Virus record (IMG/VR): IMGVR_UViG_3300028591_000175
Location: 1-64,000 of that record
Length of the DNA: 64,000 bases
Strand: one strand, 5' to 3'
Source: a virus
Lineage: Duplodnaviria; Caudoviricetes
A program made the translations under genes and the position numbers. Shown here piece after piece: positions 46,608 through 56,675 of this stretch. Below the pieces are notes generated by a model, which was not told the DNA's origin, made no database searches, and worked only from the letters and a program-made list of their open reading frames with translations. How positions within the stretch are numbered: the first letter of the stretch is position 1; each line of letters starts with the position of its first letter.

Positions 46608-49015
46608 TGAGCAAAACAATAGAGTTTACTTTCTGCGAGTTGCCTGAAACACCTCGTGAATTTAATATTGAAAAATTCAAAGAACACGACCCAGAGCAAA
46701 TAAAATTATATAACGATAGTAAAGCACCTAGACGTAAAAAATTATTAAGTTATGACGATTTGAAAATAGATAGTGGTGACGGTCCTAACTACGCCAGAGT
46801 TGTACCTGATGATTGCGTGTTCATAGATTATGATAACGCTACTGAAGCAGCTGAAATGTATGAAATCATTATACGTTCTAAACTAAAATGTTTAATATTA
46901 GAGACAGTAAAGGGTTATCATTTTTTATTCCGTAAGCCTGATTTTTATAAAAAAGAAATGACTAGAGCTACTAACTGGTTTGGTTATACGTTTGATACCA
47001 AAGGTCCTGGTAGTGTTCAAATTATAAAAGTATGTGGTATGGAGCGTGACGAAAGAGCTAGTTGGAGACCTAGTGAGTTAATCGCACCTAAAGCTATAAA
47101 CATTGAAGATTTGGATATACTTCCATACTGGTTATGGGGAAAGTTAAAAGATACTGAATTACATAAAGGCGGAAAGACTGGTGATAGGACAAAAGAAGAC
47201 GCTGTAACGTATACGCTGAAAGATAATCCGTTCACAACTTTGATGAAGATGACTGAAGGGTCACGACATAATTTCATAGTTGAGCGTTGTAGTTATTTTG
47301 GTTTAAGTAATGGCTTTGAAATGAATGAGTTTAAGGATTTAATTCAAGCTATACACGACCAATATCTAGTTAAAATTGGTACAGCAATGAGTGATAGTGA
47401 CTTATTTGGAGACCTACCTAAACGTTGGGAAGAATATGGAGCAATGTTATCTTCCGAGGGTTGGGATTATGACGAAAAAGAAAGACATTGGAAAAAAGTA
47501 AAATCAAAAGACGATAAAAAGATAGACGAACGTAGAGCAGCCGAGTATTTATTCAAACAATTTGACTTCTATGGCACAGGAGCAGGAGATGATGGACTTT
47601 TCAAAAAATTATTTTATAAAGAGTTGGAAGGTCCTTATGATTATAAGACCGATTTGACCGTACCAAGACAAGCGTTGAAAGACCATAGTGAACAGAATTT
47701 CAAAGAAACATATTTCAAAGAAGTGGAGGTGCAGTTAATGCAAATGTGTGCAGCGAATAGCAAAATAATAAGACGTAATGACACTTATGTAATTTGTAAA
47801 AATAAAATATTATCTTGTATAGCGCCAGACGCATACGACTTTTCTTGGCTTGGCACAAGACCTCCAACAGATGTTATATTTAGGTGGAATTGGTATCCTA
47901 GAGAATGGGTTGAAGAACACGAAGAAGATTTGGGTAAAAATATAACTTGGTTTATATCTCAATTATCAAGAAATTCAAAAGGTATTCCTCAACCTATGGT
48001 TCAAGATTGGCTTTGGGTAATAGCTGGGGCTAGTATGATACCCGCTAATCAACTTCAAAAGATAGTAATACTTGCAGGTGGAGGACAAAATGGTAAATCT
48101 CTTTACACCTCTCTAATTAGATTATGTTTGGGTGAAGATATGTTTAACGAAAGTAAAATATTTGATAGTAACCCTCACGATAATAAGTTTTGGGGTGAAG
48201 ACTTAGACCACGGTATTTTATGCGTAATAGACGACTTAAATAGAGTATATAACAGAGACGCATTTTCATATATTAAAGGTGGTGTAACTGGTACAGATAC
48301 AGTTTATATAAATGAAAAATTCAAACCCAAAAAGAAACTAGACGTACTACCTCAGATTATTGCTTGTACTAATTTTGAATTTGAACTATATGATAAATCA
48401 GAAGGTATGCGTCGTAGGGTAAAAATACTACCTACTGAATTCCACGTTGATGACTCAGTAAAAGATGAGCTATTGCAATGGAAGCTGGTATTGAACACAA
48501 TGGATAATGCGGCAGTTGCAGAATACAGAATGAAAGAGAGTGCTTATGGAGACAGAGGTACTAAAGTTATGAAAATGCACACAAGAGAGACTGGTGTATT
48601 AGATAGTTTAGACCACGGAAGTTTGGCTTGGTTTGCGAATAAAGCTAGATATATGTATATAGATTGGATGTTAGGAAAATTAAAACTAGAAGATACTGAC
48701 GATATGAGAGAAAAATTAGAAGGTACTTTCTCTGGTGGATTTGACGCCGAGCTAGAAGAATTCCTAGAATGGTACGTGGTTGAACGTAAAGAAGATATTT
48801 GGACAAAAGAATTATATTTAGAATATCAAGATTGGCACAGTGAAATGGCAACAGGAGACCAAGCTATGAAAGAAAAAGCATTTTCAATGAAGCTAGGTAA
48901 AACTATAAGTAAACTAACTGAAAAGGGCTACGAGCTTGAAATGAGAAAAACTAGAAATGATAAAGGTATGAGCTTAAATAGATTATTTATAGGAAAGAAG
49001 GACGAAGAAAAATGA
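46607..49015 (+). CDS. Primase-SF3 helicase (D5-like)
   Basis: FIDYD...TVKGYHFLF primase motif, EGSRHN, GGGQNGKS Walker A, VIDD, CTN, GMRRR. Confidence 0.88.
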   Translation: MSKTIEFTFCELPETPREFNIEKFKEHDPEQIKLYNDSKAPRRKKLLSYDDLKIDSGDGPNYARVVPDDCVFIDYDNATEAAEMYEIIIRSKLKCLILETVKGYHFLFRKPDFYKKEMTRATNWFGYTFDTKGPGSVQIIKVCGMERDERASWRPSELIAPKAINIEDLDILPYWLWGKLKDTELHKGGKTGDRTKEDAVTYTLKDNPFTTLMKMTEGSRHNFIVERCSYFGLSNGFEMNEFKDLIQAIHDQYLVKIGTAMSDSDLFGDLPKRWEEYGAMLSSEGWDYDEKERHWKKVKSKDDKKIDERRAAEYLFKQFDFYGTGAGDDGLFKKLFYKELEGPYDYKTDLTVPRQALKDHSEQNFKETYFKEVEVQLMQMCAANSKIIRRNDTYVICKNKILSCIAPDAYDFSWLGTRPPTDVIFRWNWYPREWVEEHEEDLGKNITWFISQLSRNSKGIPQPMVQDWLWVIAGASMIPANQLQKIVILAGGGQNGKSLYTSLIRLCLGEDMFNESKIFDSNPHDNKFWGEDLDHGILCVIDDLNRVYNRDAFSYIKGGVTGTDTVYINEKFKPKKKLDVLPQIIACTNFEFELYDKSEGMRRRVKILPTEFHVDDSVKDELLQWKLVLNTMDNAAVAEYRMKESAYGDRGTKVMKMHTRETGVLDSLDHGSLAWFANKARYMYIDWMLGKLKLEDTDDMREKLEGTFSGGFDAELEEFLEWYVVERKEDIWTKELYLEYQDWHSEMATGDQAMKEKAFSMKLGKTISKLTEKGYELEMRKTRNDKGMSLNRLFIGKKDEEK

Positions 49016-49170
49016 AAAAGATAATTTTATTGTGCGTGATTTGGTTGTGCGGAGGGTTTCTATCCGCACTTCTAAAAAATCTAAAAGTGAACGACCGGAT
49101 TTATTTACGGCTTACATTTTACAATCGGCTATTTTAGTTGTTTAATAATGTATTGGAGGAGGGTGAATAT

Positions 49171-49728
49171 ATGCCTAGAGGTAAAAGTAAACGAGGAAAA
49201 GAAGAAGTCTTTGACGCAGAAGAACTAATTGGTAGTTTTATGAAAGGTGATAGACTTACAGACGACGAGAGATATAAAAAGACAGTTGATAATATATACA
49301 GAAAATTAAAACCTATTTGGCTACAAGAATGTAAAGACGCAATGTGGTTATTACAAGACGACTATGTTAAAACAGTTGCTGATATAATTTATTTGGACGA
49401 CCAGATGGGGGGTAATTTAGACCCGACCTCACTTAGTACGGAAAAACAAAATTTATTAGGTTGGAAGCAAGTTCAATCTGTAATAGAAAAATACAGAGCG
49501 CAGGATTATAGTTTGGTTGACCAAGACGGAATTAAAGCGATATTAAGTAGTATTATAAAAAACAAAAACGCTCGTGACGCTGATAGATTAAAAGCAATAG
49601 AAATGTATACTGGAATGTACTCAGGAGAAGGTATTGAAGGTGTTACATTTATCAATGATTTATACAAAGGAAAGTTTAAGCCAGACAGTAGTGACGAAGA
49701 TGAAGATTTGGACGAAGGTGATGAATAA
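49171..49728 (+). CDS. terS: Putative terminase small subunit
   Basis: DADRLKAIEM..GMY...VTFINDL C-terminal pattern; upstream of TerL. Confidence 0.6.
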   Translation: MPRGKSKRGKEEVFDAEELIGSFMKGDRLTDDERYKKTVDNIYRKLKPIWLQECKDAMWLLQDDYVKTVADIIYLDDQMGGNLDPTSLSTEKQNLLGWKQVQSVIEKYRAQDYSLVDQDGIKAILSSIIKNKNARDADRLKAIEMYTGMYSGEGIEGVTFINDLYKGKFKPDSSDEDEDLDEGDE

Positions 49729-49745
49729 AAAGTGAACAGAAAGAG

Positions 49746-51167
49746 GTGTTTAGCTTGAAAGTATTAAGTTTGTTTTCAGGAATTGGTGCATTTGAATTAG
49801 CACTTAAACGAATAGGTATAGACGTAGAGCTTGTGGGGTTTTCAGAAATTGATAAGTATGCTACAAAATCTTATTGTGCAGTACACGGTGTTTCAGAAGA
49901 TTTGAATTTGGGTGACGTTAGTAAAATAGATTTGGACGAGCTTAAAAAGCTGGGCGATATAGATTTAATTACCCACGGTTCACCTTGTCAAGATTTCAGT
50001 ATTGCTGGTAGACTTGCTGGAGGAGACAAAGGCTCTGGTACTAGGTCGTCGTTAATGTGGTGTACGGTTGATATAGTTGAAGCGGTAAAACCTAAATATG
50101 TGGTTTGGGAAAATGTTAAAAATTTATTAAGTGCTAAAAATAGACATAATTTTGACGGTTATTTGGAAATTATGGATAAACTCGGCTATAATAGTTATTA
50201 TAAAGTGTTAAATTCAAAAAACTATGGCATTCCTCAAAACAGGGAGCGTGTGTTCACTGTATCAATTAGAAAAGATTTGGGGTTGAATTATGAATTCCCA
50301 CCAGAAATTGAATTGACTAAAAAACTTAAAGACGTATTAGAAGAAAGTGTTGACGAGAAATATTATTTAAGTGATAAACTAATCGCTGGACTAATAGCAA
50401 ACACTGAACGACAGAAAGCGAAGGGAAATGGATTTGCATTTGAAACTACTGACGGAGACTGTGTGGCAAAGACTGTAACTACTAGAGTTGGAGCGTGTAG
50501 GTCGGGAGATAACTATATTCAAGTTGTAGGTAAATTAGATATAAAAGGACACGATTGCGTTAAGCGTGTTTACTCTGGGGAGGGTATTGCTCCCACCCTT
50601 ACTGATATGCAAGGTGGTAATCGTCAACCTAAAGTTTTGATTGATGAACCAGTTATTGCAGCAAGTCGTGGTCGAAATCCTGATAATCCAGGTGATAGAA
50701 CTCCTGGTATTCCAACTGAACAGAGATTGGAAATAAATAAACAAGGAATTAGTAACACTATTACAACAGTACAAAAAGATAATTACGTCATAGAGCCTTG
50801 TTTGAAAATAAAAGAAGCCACGAAAGCTGGATATAAAGAGGCTTACGCAGGAGACGGTGTTAATATCTCTGGAAGAATGAAGTATCAAAGAGGTAATGTT
50901 CAAAAAGAAATGACACAGACACTAATGGCAAATGGAAGTGAGAGGGGTGTTGTTACCCCGGATATGCGTATTAGAAAACTTACACCAAGAGAATGTTGGC
51001 GTCTAATGGGATTTGGAGATGAAGATTTCAATAAAGCACAGGCTGTGCCTACTTCGGACACGCAATTATATAAACAAGCAGGTAACTCGATTGTAGTGAA
51101 TGTGCTAGAAGCGGTGTTCAAGAATTTATTTGGAGTGGAAAAAGAAAAGAAATCGTGGTATAAATAG
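49746..51167 (+). CDS. DNA cytosine-5 methyltransferase
   Basis: LFSGIG, GSPCQDFS, ENV, PQNRERVF, LTPRECWRLMGF, YKQAGNS. Confidence 0.93.
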   Translation: MFSLKVLSLFSGIGAFELALKRIGIDVELVGFSEIDKYATKSYCAVHGVSEDLNLGDVSKIDLDELKKLGDIDLITHGSPCQDFSIAGRLAGGDKGSGTRSSLMWCTVDIVEAVKPKYVVWENVKNLLSAKNRHNFDGYLEIMDKLGYNSYYKVLNSKNYGIPQNRERVFTVSIRKDLGLNYEFPPEIELTKKLKDVLEESVDEKYYLSDKLIAGLIANTERQKAKGNGFAFETTDGDCVAKTVTTRVGACRSGDNYIQVVGKLDIKGHDCVKRVYSGEGIAPTLTDMQGGNRQPKVLIDEPVIAASRGRNPDNPGDRTPGIPTEQRLEINKQGISNTITTVQKDNYVIEPCLKIKEATKAGYKEAYAGDGVNISGRMKYQRGNVQKEMTQTLMANGSERGVVTPDMRIRKLTPRECWRLMGFGDEDFNKAQAVPTSDTQLYKQAGNSIVVNVLEAVFKNLFGVEKEKKSWYK

Positions 51168-51179
51168 TGAAGAAATGGG

Positions 51180-52619
51180 GTGATTAGTATTAGTAGACGA
51201 AAAATGAGTGATATTATTTTGCCGAATTACTGGGACTTACTCGAAGACGGAATAGGTGAACAGCTGGAGAGAAGTAGGAAAATGTTTTTACGTGGTGGAC
51301 GTTTCTCTGGTAAATCTTATTGGGCAGCTCATCATATTATTTTAACACTATTAGCTCTTGCTGCTGTTCACAAAGACGGCGAACCTTGGGCGTGTTGCTT
51401 GGCACTAAGAAAATATAATAATACATTAAGAACCTCTGTATATGCTGAAATTGCTAATGCTATAATCAATTTAGGAGTTGAAGATAAGTGGCAAATGCTT
51501 ACTAACCCTATGGAGATTAGATTAAAGGGAACTAAATCTGTAATTAAATTCGCTAACTTAAATACTGCTGAGGACTATGGAAAAGTTAAATCTATCAAGT
51601 GGCCCGGAGGTTACTGTAGGCTAATATGGTTTGAAGAAGCTGACCAATTTCAATCTAAACACGACGTAGACCAAGTATTACTTTCTTTATATCGTGGTGG
51701 TGACATATTTGAAACTATATTCACGTACAACACACCATTCTCACCTTCACACTGGCTTAATATTGGTTGGAACAATGCGAAAGAAATGGCAATCGAAGAA
51801 GTAGATAGAGATGAAGATAGAGGCGACAGAAAAAGATTAAGCGAAAAGGTTTACTTCAAACACGTTAACTTATATGATATTCCAAGAGGTATCGTACCAC
51901 AACAGGTTTATGATATGGCTGAAGCAATGAAAGAAGAAAATGAACAGGAGTGGAAGCACGTAATAATGGGAGAGGTTGGAGACCCGGCTACTATGGTATT
52001 CCCACTACTTAGACCTGTTAGAGTTGGAGATATTGATACGTCGGAATTTGGTAATGGTCCAGAGTGTTGGCGTTGGCTTGTTGGTATGGACTATGGTTAT
52101 AGACCTGACCCTACTGTATGTGTAGTTGTAGGTTATAATAAAGTTAAAAAGATATTATTTATAACTGACGAAGTCAGAGGTATCGGTTGGTCAGAAGACG
52201 GTATTTATATGAACGTTAAAGAAATGCTATCGAGAGGTGGCGGACTATTTGATAGGTCGGTTAATATATCGTCGTTAATAAACTCTGAAATAGATAATAG
52301 AATTATCGACGGCTTGAGAAGCAAGGGGTTGAACATATACCCGGTTAAGAAAGTATCGGGTTCGAGAGACGTTAGTTATCAATTTCTTACTGGTGGATTT
52401 GGTGACGTTAAAGAAATCTGGATTGACTCAGAGAGGTGTCCTGGCTGTTGGGCTGAGTTTGTAGGTGCTGAATTTTTACGTAGAGATATTGGTGGAAAAG
52501 AAATAATTATTCAAGAATGGCCTAGTGTTAATGACCACGGAATAGACGCAACACGTTATGCGACAGTAGATTTATGGTCTGGTAGAGCTGTTACTGGAAG
52601 TAAGAGAACTTTATTATAA
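51180..52619 (+). CDS. terL: Terminase large subunit (PBSX-like)
   Basis: GGRFSGKS, WFEEA, TYNTP, GMDYG..DP, DHGIDATRY. Confidence 0.92.
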   Translation: MISISRRKMSDIILPNYWDLLEDGIGEQLERSRKMFLRGGRFSGKSYWAAHHIILTLLALAAVHKDGEPWACCLALRKYNNTLRTSVYAEIANAIINLGVEDKWQMLTNPMEIRLKGTKSVIKFANLNTAEDYGKVKSIKWPGGYCRLIWFEEADQFQSKHDVDQVLLSLYRGGDIFETIFTYNTPFSPSHWLNIGWNNAKEMAIEEVDRDEDRGDRKRLSEKVYFKHVNLYDIPRGIVPQQVYDMAEAMKEENEQEWKHVIMGEVGDPATMVFPLLRPVRVGDIDTSEFGNGPECWRWLVGMDYGYRPDPTVCVVVGYNKVKKILFITDEVRGIGWSEDGIYMNVKEMLSRGGGLFDRSVNISSLINSEIDNRIIDGLRSKGLNIYPVKKVSGSRDVSYQFLTGGFGDVKEIWIDSERCPGCWAEFVGAEFLRRDIGGKEIIIQEWPSVNDHGIDATRYATVDLWSGRAVTGSKRTLL

Positions 52620-52632
52620 TGGAGGTGATTTT

Positions 52633-52800
52633 ATGGGCGGTTATCATTGGGAGCAGATAGTAATGATGTTATTAGATAGAATAGAAAATATGAAGGCTCA
52701 CGAAGACGAAATGAACCATATGATAGACGATTTACACGCTGAAAACGTAAGACTTAATCAATTATTAAGAGATAAGGAATACGAAGGAGGAGTAAAATAA
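52633..52800 (+). CDS. 55-aa coiled-coil protein
   Basis: GGAGGTG RBS; MGGYHWEQ... Confidence 0.6.
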   Translation: MGGYHWEQIVMMLLDRIENMKAHEDEMNHMIDDLHAENVRLNQLLRDKEYEGGVK

Positions 52801-52802
52801 TT

Positions 52803-53160
52803 ATGATTGGTGATATGCTGAACAATAATAAGAGGCGTGATGTGTGTACCCGCTTGGACCAGCAAATGTATTTGGGAAAAAAGTATAGGCAAGATAAAAA
52901 GTCTCGGCTACTACGTTTGTACGAGTGGGGAGCGAAAAAGACTTCACGTGGCTATGTGGGAAGCAGAAGCGGGGATAACTGTTCCCCCGGGGTGCGTAAT
53001 ACACCACGTGGACTGGGTTAAGACGCATAATGTGATTGAAAATCTGGTCTGTGTGACTGTAAGTGAACACGAGAGGATACACAACACTCCCGGTGGGAAA
53101 GAATTTGGAATTAAATTAAAAAAAGAACGCGGAGTGGGATTACCACCCGGCGTAATGTAA
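52803..53160 (+). CDS. HNH endonuclease with +1 frameshift at CGG (52905-52907)
   Basis: RBS-backed start at 52803 encodes ...MYLGKKYRQDKKS; +1 frame continues GYYVCTSGERKRLHVAMWE...IHHVDWVKTHNVIENL. Confidence 0.7.
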
Positions 53161-53542
53161 GTGCGTATGCTAGTCGTACGCATATTTCTTTGTTCATTTC
53201 TAAGGTCTGATTTTTATACCCGGTCTGCTTAAATATATAAAATATCTCGTCGCGTAATACGTCTGGGTATTGATAGTTGTATTGACGTATTAGACCTTGT
53301 TTATATATCTTGGGTTGTTTCAAATGATAGTCTATGGCTATATCAATATACCCGGTATCTTCATATCGTGGAATTGGTAAGTCTCGAACTGAATACAATA
53401 AGTCTGCTAGTGCGTATGACGTTAACTGGTGATGATGTTTGGCGTATTCGTGCCACTTATCATATAAGTCTGTGGGTATTCTGAAAAACCTAAATAAATT
53501 AGACATATCTTCTGGGGTTAATTGGTATTGGTCATCTTCCAC
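53111..53542 (-). CDS. Hypothetical protein (ends at 53140 if the CGG at 53149 shifts +1)
   Basis: 143-aa ORF, GTG start with AGGAG RBS. Confidence 0.65.
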   Translation of the reverse strand: MEDDQYQLTPEDMSNLFRFFRIPTDLYDKWHEYAKHHHQLTSYALADLLYSVRDLPIPRYEDTGYIDIAIDYHLKQPKIYKQGLIRQYNYQYPDVLRDEIFYIFKQTGYKNQTLEMNKEICVRLAYALTLRRVVIPLRVLFLI

Positions 53543-53543
53543 T

Positions 53544-53783
53544 TTATATTAGCTCCTTTCTTTTATAATATGTGTTTGTGTCGTTAGTTAGTGTTGGTGC
53601 GCCTGTTGGATTTTCTGGGAGAACTGGTTTTATGAATTCGCTTGGTGCTGATATTGGGGCCGGTACGTGTAAATGTAATAAGTAGCATATCTCTGCCCCG
53701 ATTGTCCTGTAATCTCTTTCTGCTTGTTCTTTTAGATAAGAATATGTTTCATCATCTAGTGTGACTGTTAATCTTTGTGACAT
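53544..53783 (-). CDS. Ribbon-helix-helix (Arc/CopG-like) DNA-binding protein
   Basis: MSQRLTVTLDDETYSYLKEQAERDYRTIGAEICYLL; GGAGG RBS. Confidence 0.75.
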   Translation of the reverse strand: MSQRLTVTLDDETYSYLKEQAERDYRTIGAEICYLLHLHVPAPISAPSEFIKPVLPENPTGAPTLTNDTNTYYKRKELI

Positions 53784-53899
53784 ATTTTTTACCTCCTTTC
53801 GATTGTTTATAAAATTGTTGAATTGTTTATAAATGTATGTACCAAAATGATGATATTTGACTATATTATGATAACACATTATAGTAATGTTTGTCAAGT

Positions 53900-54538
53900 G
53901 TTATGAGTTGCAACCACGAAACATAAAATGGTCACTTTTTTACTACGAACGGACGTGTGTTGCTCTGAGCAAAGCAACGTTAAAAAATGCAGTGATTGCA
54001 AGGGTTTGAGCGATTGCGTTGATTTGCTTTTTGAAATCTCGGTTAGGCATATATTTTTACACATTGCTGACTTTATCTATCTACTAAAAAATATATACTA
54101 ATAATAGATTTATCAACAGCAGAGCAACATCACAGTATATCATTGTTGGTAGAGTAGGGATAGACCCCGTTGCTCTGCGATTGCTCTGCTTTTATGCAAG
54201 ACCATATCATTCAACTGAACAGAAAACCGGGATAAATTGCGGCTTAAATAAAAAACGGCTCGTTGATTTGCTTTTTTATAAACAATTTTTAGCAGAGCAA
54301 CACCTAGAAAACAGAGCAACGCAGACCTCAAAAAATTCATTCTCAACACCAAGAAACCTGTTGTCCAAAGTGAACACCCGTGGGGTAAAATTGAAGTATG
54401 CTGGGGTAAATTTAATGCACACAAAAAATTAAAATTTTCTGTCGAACCGTGTCGAAAGTGAACAGAATTCACGGATATAAAAAAATTACCGGGGAGTGTG
54501 AATATCTCCCCTGGCATTCCGTCCGGTTGTTCACTTTT
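53900..54538. repeat. Non-coding repeat-rich region (origin or terminus candidate)
   Basis: CAGAGCAA x6 in both orientations, AAAGTGAACA x3, GGGGTAA x2, TGTCGAA x2. Confidence 0.65.
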
Positions 54539-54761
54539 AGCTGATCATCTTCCCTGATGAATTAAATTCAAAGCTCGTTAAAAATTCACTATTATAGTTT
54601 TCTTCGTCCCAAGTTTCAATTTCTACTTCTGTAGTATGCTCGTAATCGTCAATTTCGATAGTCCATAGTAAGTTTTTGTCTGTTTGAAGATATGCAAGCA
54701 ACTCATCAAACCCTAATTTAGCTTTTTCATTTAGTAATTCATAATAATTCATAGAATTCAT
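54537..54761 (-). CDS. Acidic hypothetical protein
   Basis: 74-aa ORF with AAGGAG RBS. Confidence 0.65.
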   Translation of the reverse strand: MNSMNYYELLNEKAKLGFDELLAYLQTDKNLLWTIEIDDYEHTTEVEIETWDEENYNSEFLTSFEFNSSGKMIS

Positions 54762-54791
54762 CTCCTTTCTGAATAAAATAAGTGAACAGGA

Positions 54792-54992
54792 TTAAAGTCC
54801 TGCGATATAATTATTATAATTATCGTAACCCGCTTCTAACATTTCTTGATATTCGTTATCAATAAACTCATATACACTTACAGGCTCTTGTCCTGCTCTT
54901 AAATCTTCGTCTTCGTCAAACCAATCTTGAATATATTGGTCATAACATTTAATTATTTGCATAAGCTCTTTCTTTGAATATTTGTTTAACAT
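54792..54992 (-). CDS. Acidic hypothetical protein
   Basis: 66-aa ORF with AAGGAG RBS. Confidence 0.65.
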   Translation of the reverse strand: MLNKYSKKELMQIIKCYDQYIQDWFDEDEDLRAGQEPVSVYEFIDNEYQEMLEAGYDNYNNYIAGL

Positions 54993-55158
54993 CTAAATCA
55001 TCTCCTTTTTTTATTTTATATCATTCCTGGCATTCCCTTCACTGTAAAAAGTGAACAACGCCGGGGTAATTTTAATACACGCCGGGGTAAAATACTCACA
55101 CACGCGACACACATATAAGAACATTTGTTCTGAGCATAGGCTCAAAAGAGAGGAAGCT

Positions 55159-56034
55159 CTAGGCTTCCACGTCTTTTTTAGTAACAAACAGTCTATAATT
55201 TTTATGTCCTTTGTAGCCCATAATCACACCTTGATTGCTTACTGCTAACCATTCACTCGCTCTTAATGGCTCGATATATAATTGCTTTGCGTCGTGAATA
55301 CTGCAACCTAATACATTGGCTACTGCACTTGTAGATAATCTTCCTCGCTCTGCTACTCTTTGCATTATTAGAAATTCTTTATCGCTTAAACCAGTTGCAC
55401 CGTTAATAGCAAACCTTGAGTCTAGAAGACTGTTCACTTCTGCTTCCCCTGCTGTTTTTAATTTTTCGGATTTAATTGCTGACTTCATAGACTTGGCAAG
55501 AGATAATGCTGTACGAGGTACACCCTTAGCTGCTCTTACAATACTTGGTAATGCTTCTTCGTCTAGGTCTGGATTAACATTGTGTACGATTTGTTTTAGT
55601 TCGTCCTCAGTATAATTTTGAAGTTCTACAAACTTACAACGATTAACAAATGCTTCTGGTAAAGGGCTTAATATATTTGTTGCGAATACAAACCTTGCCT
55701 TTGGTAATTCTAAGTCCATACATAAATCTGTATCGTAAAATGTACCCTTATCAATTATTTTGTAAAGTCCTTCAAGTACCTTTGGTTGAAGACTGTGTAT
55801 TTCGTCGAAGAATAATATGTCCCCGTCTTCAGCTTCTTTGATTGGCTTCAACATACTGTTCAATCTGTCCCCTCTCATTTGAGTCGTATCAACTGTCTTT
55901 GCTCCTAAACTTTCAGCAAACATTGTCTTACCATATCCTGATGTACCATAGATTAGAAGCGGTTGTGTTTCATATTTGTACCAGTCTGTTATTGCTCTCT
56001 TGGCTCTGTCTTGTCCTACTATCTTTTCAAACAT
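55159..56034 (-). CDS. RuvB-like AAA+ ATPase
   Basis: IVGQ, YGTSGYGKT, GDILFFDEIHSL, FAT..LPEAFVNR, KGVPRTA, C-terminal winged-helix-like IEP.L. Confidence 0.8.
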   Translation of the reverse strand: MFEKIVGQDRAKRAITDWYKYETQPLLIYGTSGYGKTMFAESLGAKTVDTTQMRGDRLNSMLKPIKEAEDGDILFFDEIHSLQPKVLEGLYKIIDKGTFYDTDLCMDLELPKARFVFATNILSPLPEAFVNRCKFVELQNYTEDELKQIVHNVNPDLDEEALPSIVRAAKGVPRTALSLAKSMKSAIKSEKLKTAGEAEVNSLLDSRFAINGATGLSDKEFLIMQRVAERGRLSTSAVANVLGCSIHDAKQLYIEPLRASEWLAVSNQGVIMGYKGHKNYRLFVTKKDVEA

Positions 56035-56058
56035 ACCAATTCCTCCTTTCTTCCATAT

Positions 56059-56087
56059 ATTATATCATAATTATTGTAGTATGTCAA
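56059..56087 (-). promoter_or_regulatory. Consensus sigma-A promoter
   Basis: TTGACA-TACTAC...TG-N-TATAAT, 17-nt spacer. Confidence 0.8.
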
Positions 56088-56152
56088 TACTGTATCATTC
56101 ATACCTGGCATTCCAGGTGATGTAATCCTGTTCACTTTAATCCTCTCCTTTC

Positions 56153-56674
56153 TTATCCTTCCCAGAGTCTCTTTGCCCACGCTGCTGGGTTTGGTTTTAG
56201 TTCATCTAAACTCCAGCGTGTCCATTCTTTTGTTTTTGAGTCATACTCTAATCGACCACAGTTTGCACCCCAGTCCTCATCTGCCCATTGTAAATCTAAA
56301 TCATATCCTAGTTCAGCGAGCTTCATTGCTACTGGTCCTGCAAATGACCAAGCTGTTTGAAAGTACATTATTATATATGTCTTACCTGTATGTGTGTATC
56401 CGTCGTATGCACCCCATTTTGTATTCCAGTATTTGTTTCGCCAAGCATACCAGTCAAACCAAGGTCTATCTTTTACTTCTGCTACGTGGCTGTCCTTGTT
56501 CACTATACAATCTGCTGGACAATCTTTTTTGAGTCTAGGCTCTGGTATAATTAAATCGAAATCTATTATTCTATCTCCTTCTTCTGTAATCATTGTCAAT
56601 TTATCTAATATATATTGAAGTTTATCTTGTGGTATGTGTGAAATCTTCCATTTATTCATTACGTGATTTGGCAT
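56153..56674 (-). CDS. YubB/DUF1281-like ferredoxin-fold protein
   Basis: MPNHV.N, DF..IIPEP, WY.WR...W.TKW, FQTAWS. Confidence 0.75.
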   Translation of the reverse strand: MPNHVMNKWKISHIPQDKLQYILDKLTMITEEGDRIIDFDLIIPEPRLKKDCPADCIVNKDSHVAEVKDRPWFDWYAWRNKYWNTKWGAYDGYTHTGKTYIIMYFQTAWSFAGPVAMKLAELGYDLDLQWADEDWGANCGRLEYDSKTKEWTRWSLDELKPNPAAWAKRLWEG

Positions 56675-56675
56675 A

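Noticed and set aside
49012-49137. 41-codon ORF after the primase containing three CGG codons
   Set aside because: Probably non-coding beyond its start: it overlaps a TGCGGA/TCCGCA hairpin and an AAAAGTGAAC motif and has atypical codons. It was excluded from the CGG tally, but if translated it would weaken that finding
54140-54517. ORFs in the repeat-rich region (54140..54517, 54181..54432, 55051..55248)
   Set aside because: No RBS, atypical codons, and they overlap DNA repeat motifs
53900-55110. CRISPR or mini-CRISPR array
   Set aside because: Repeats are only 7-11 nt, in mixed orientation and irregularly spaced; the Cas4-like gene is a common stand-alone phage exonuclease
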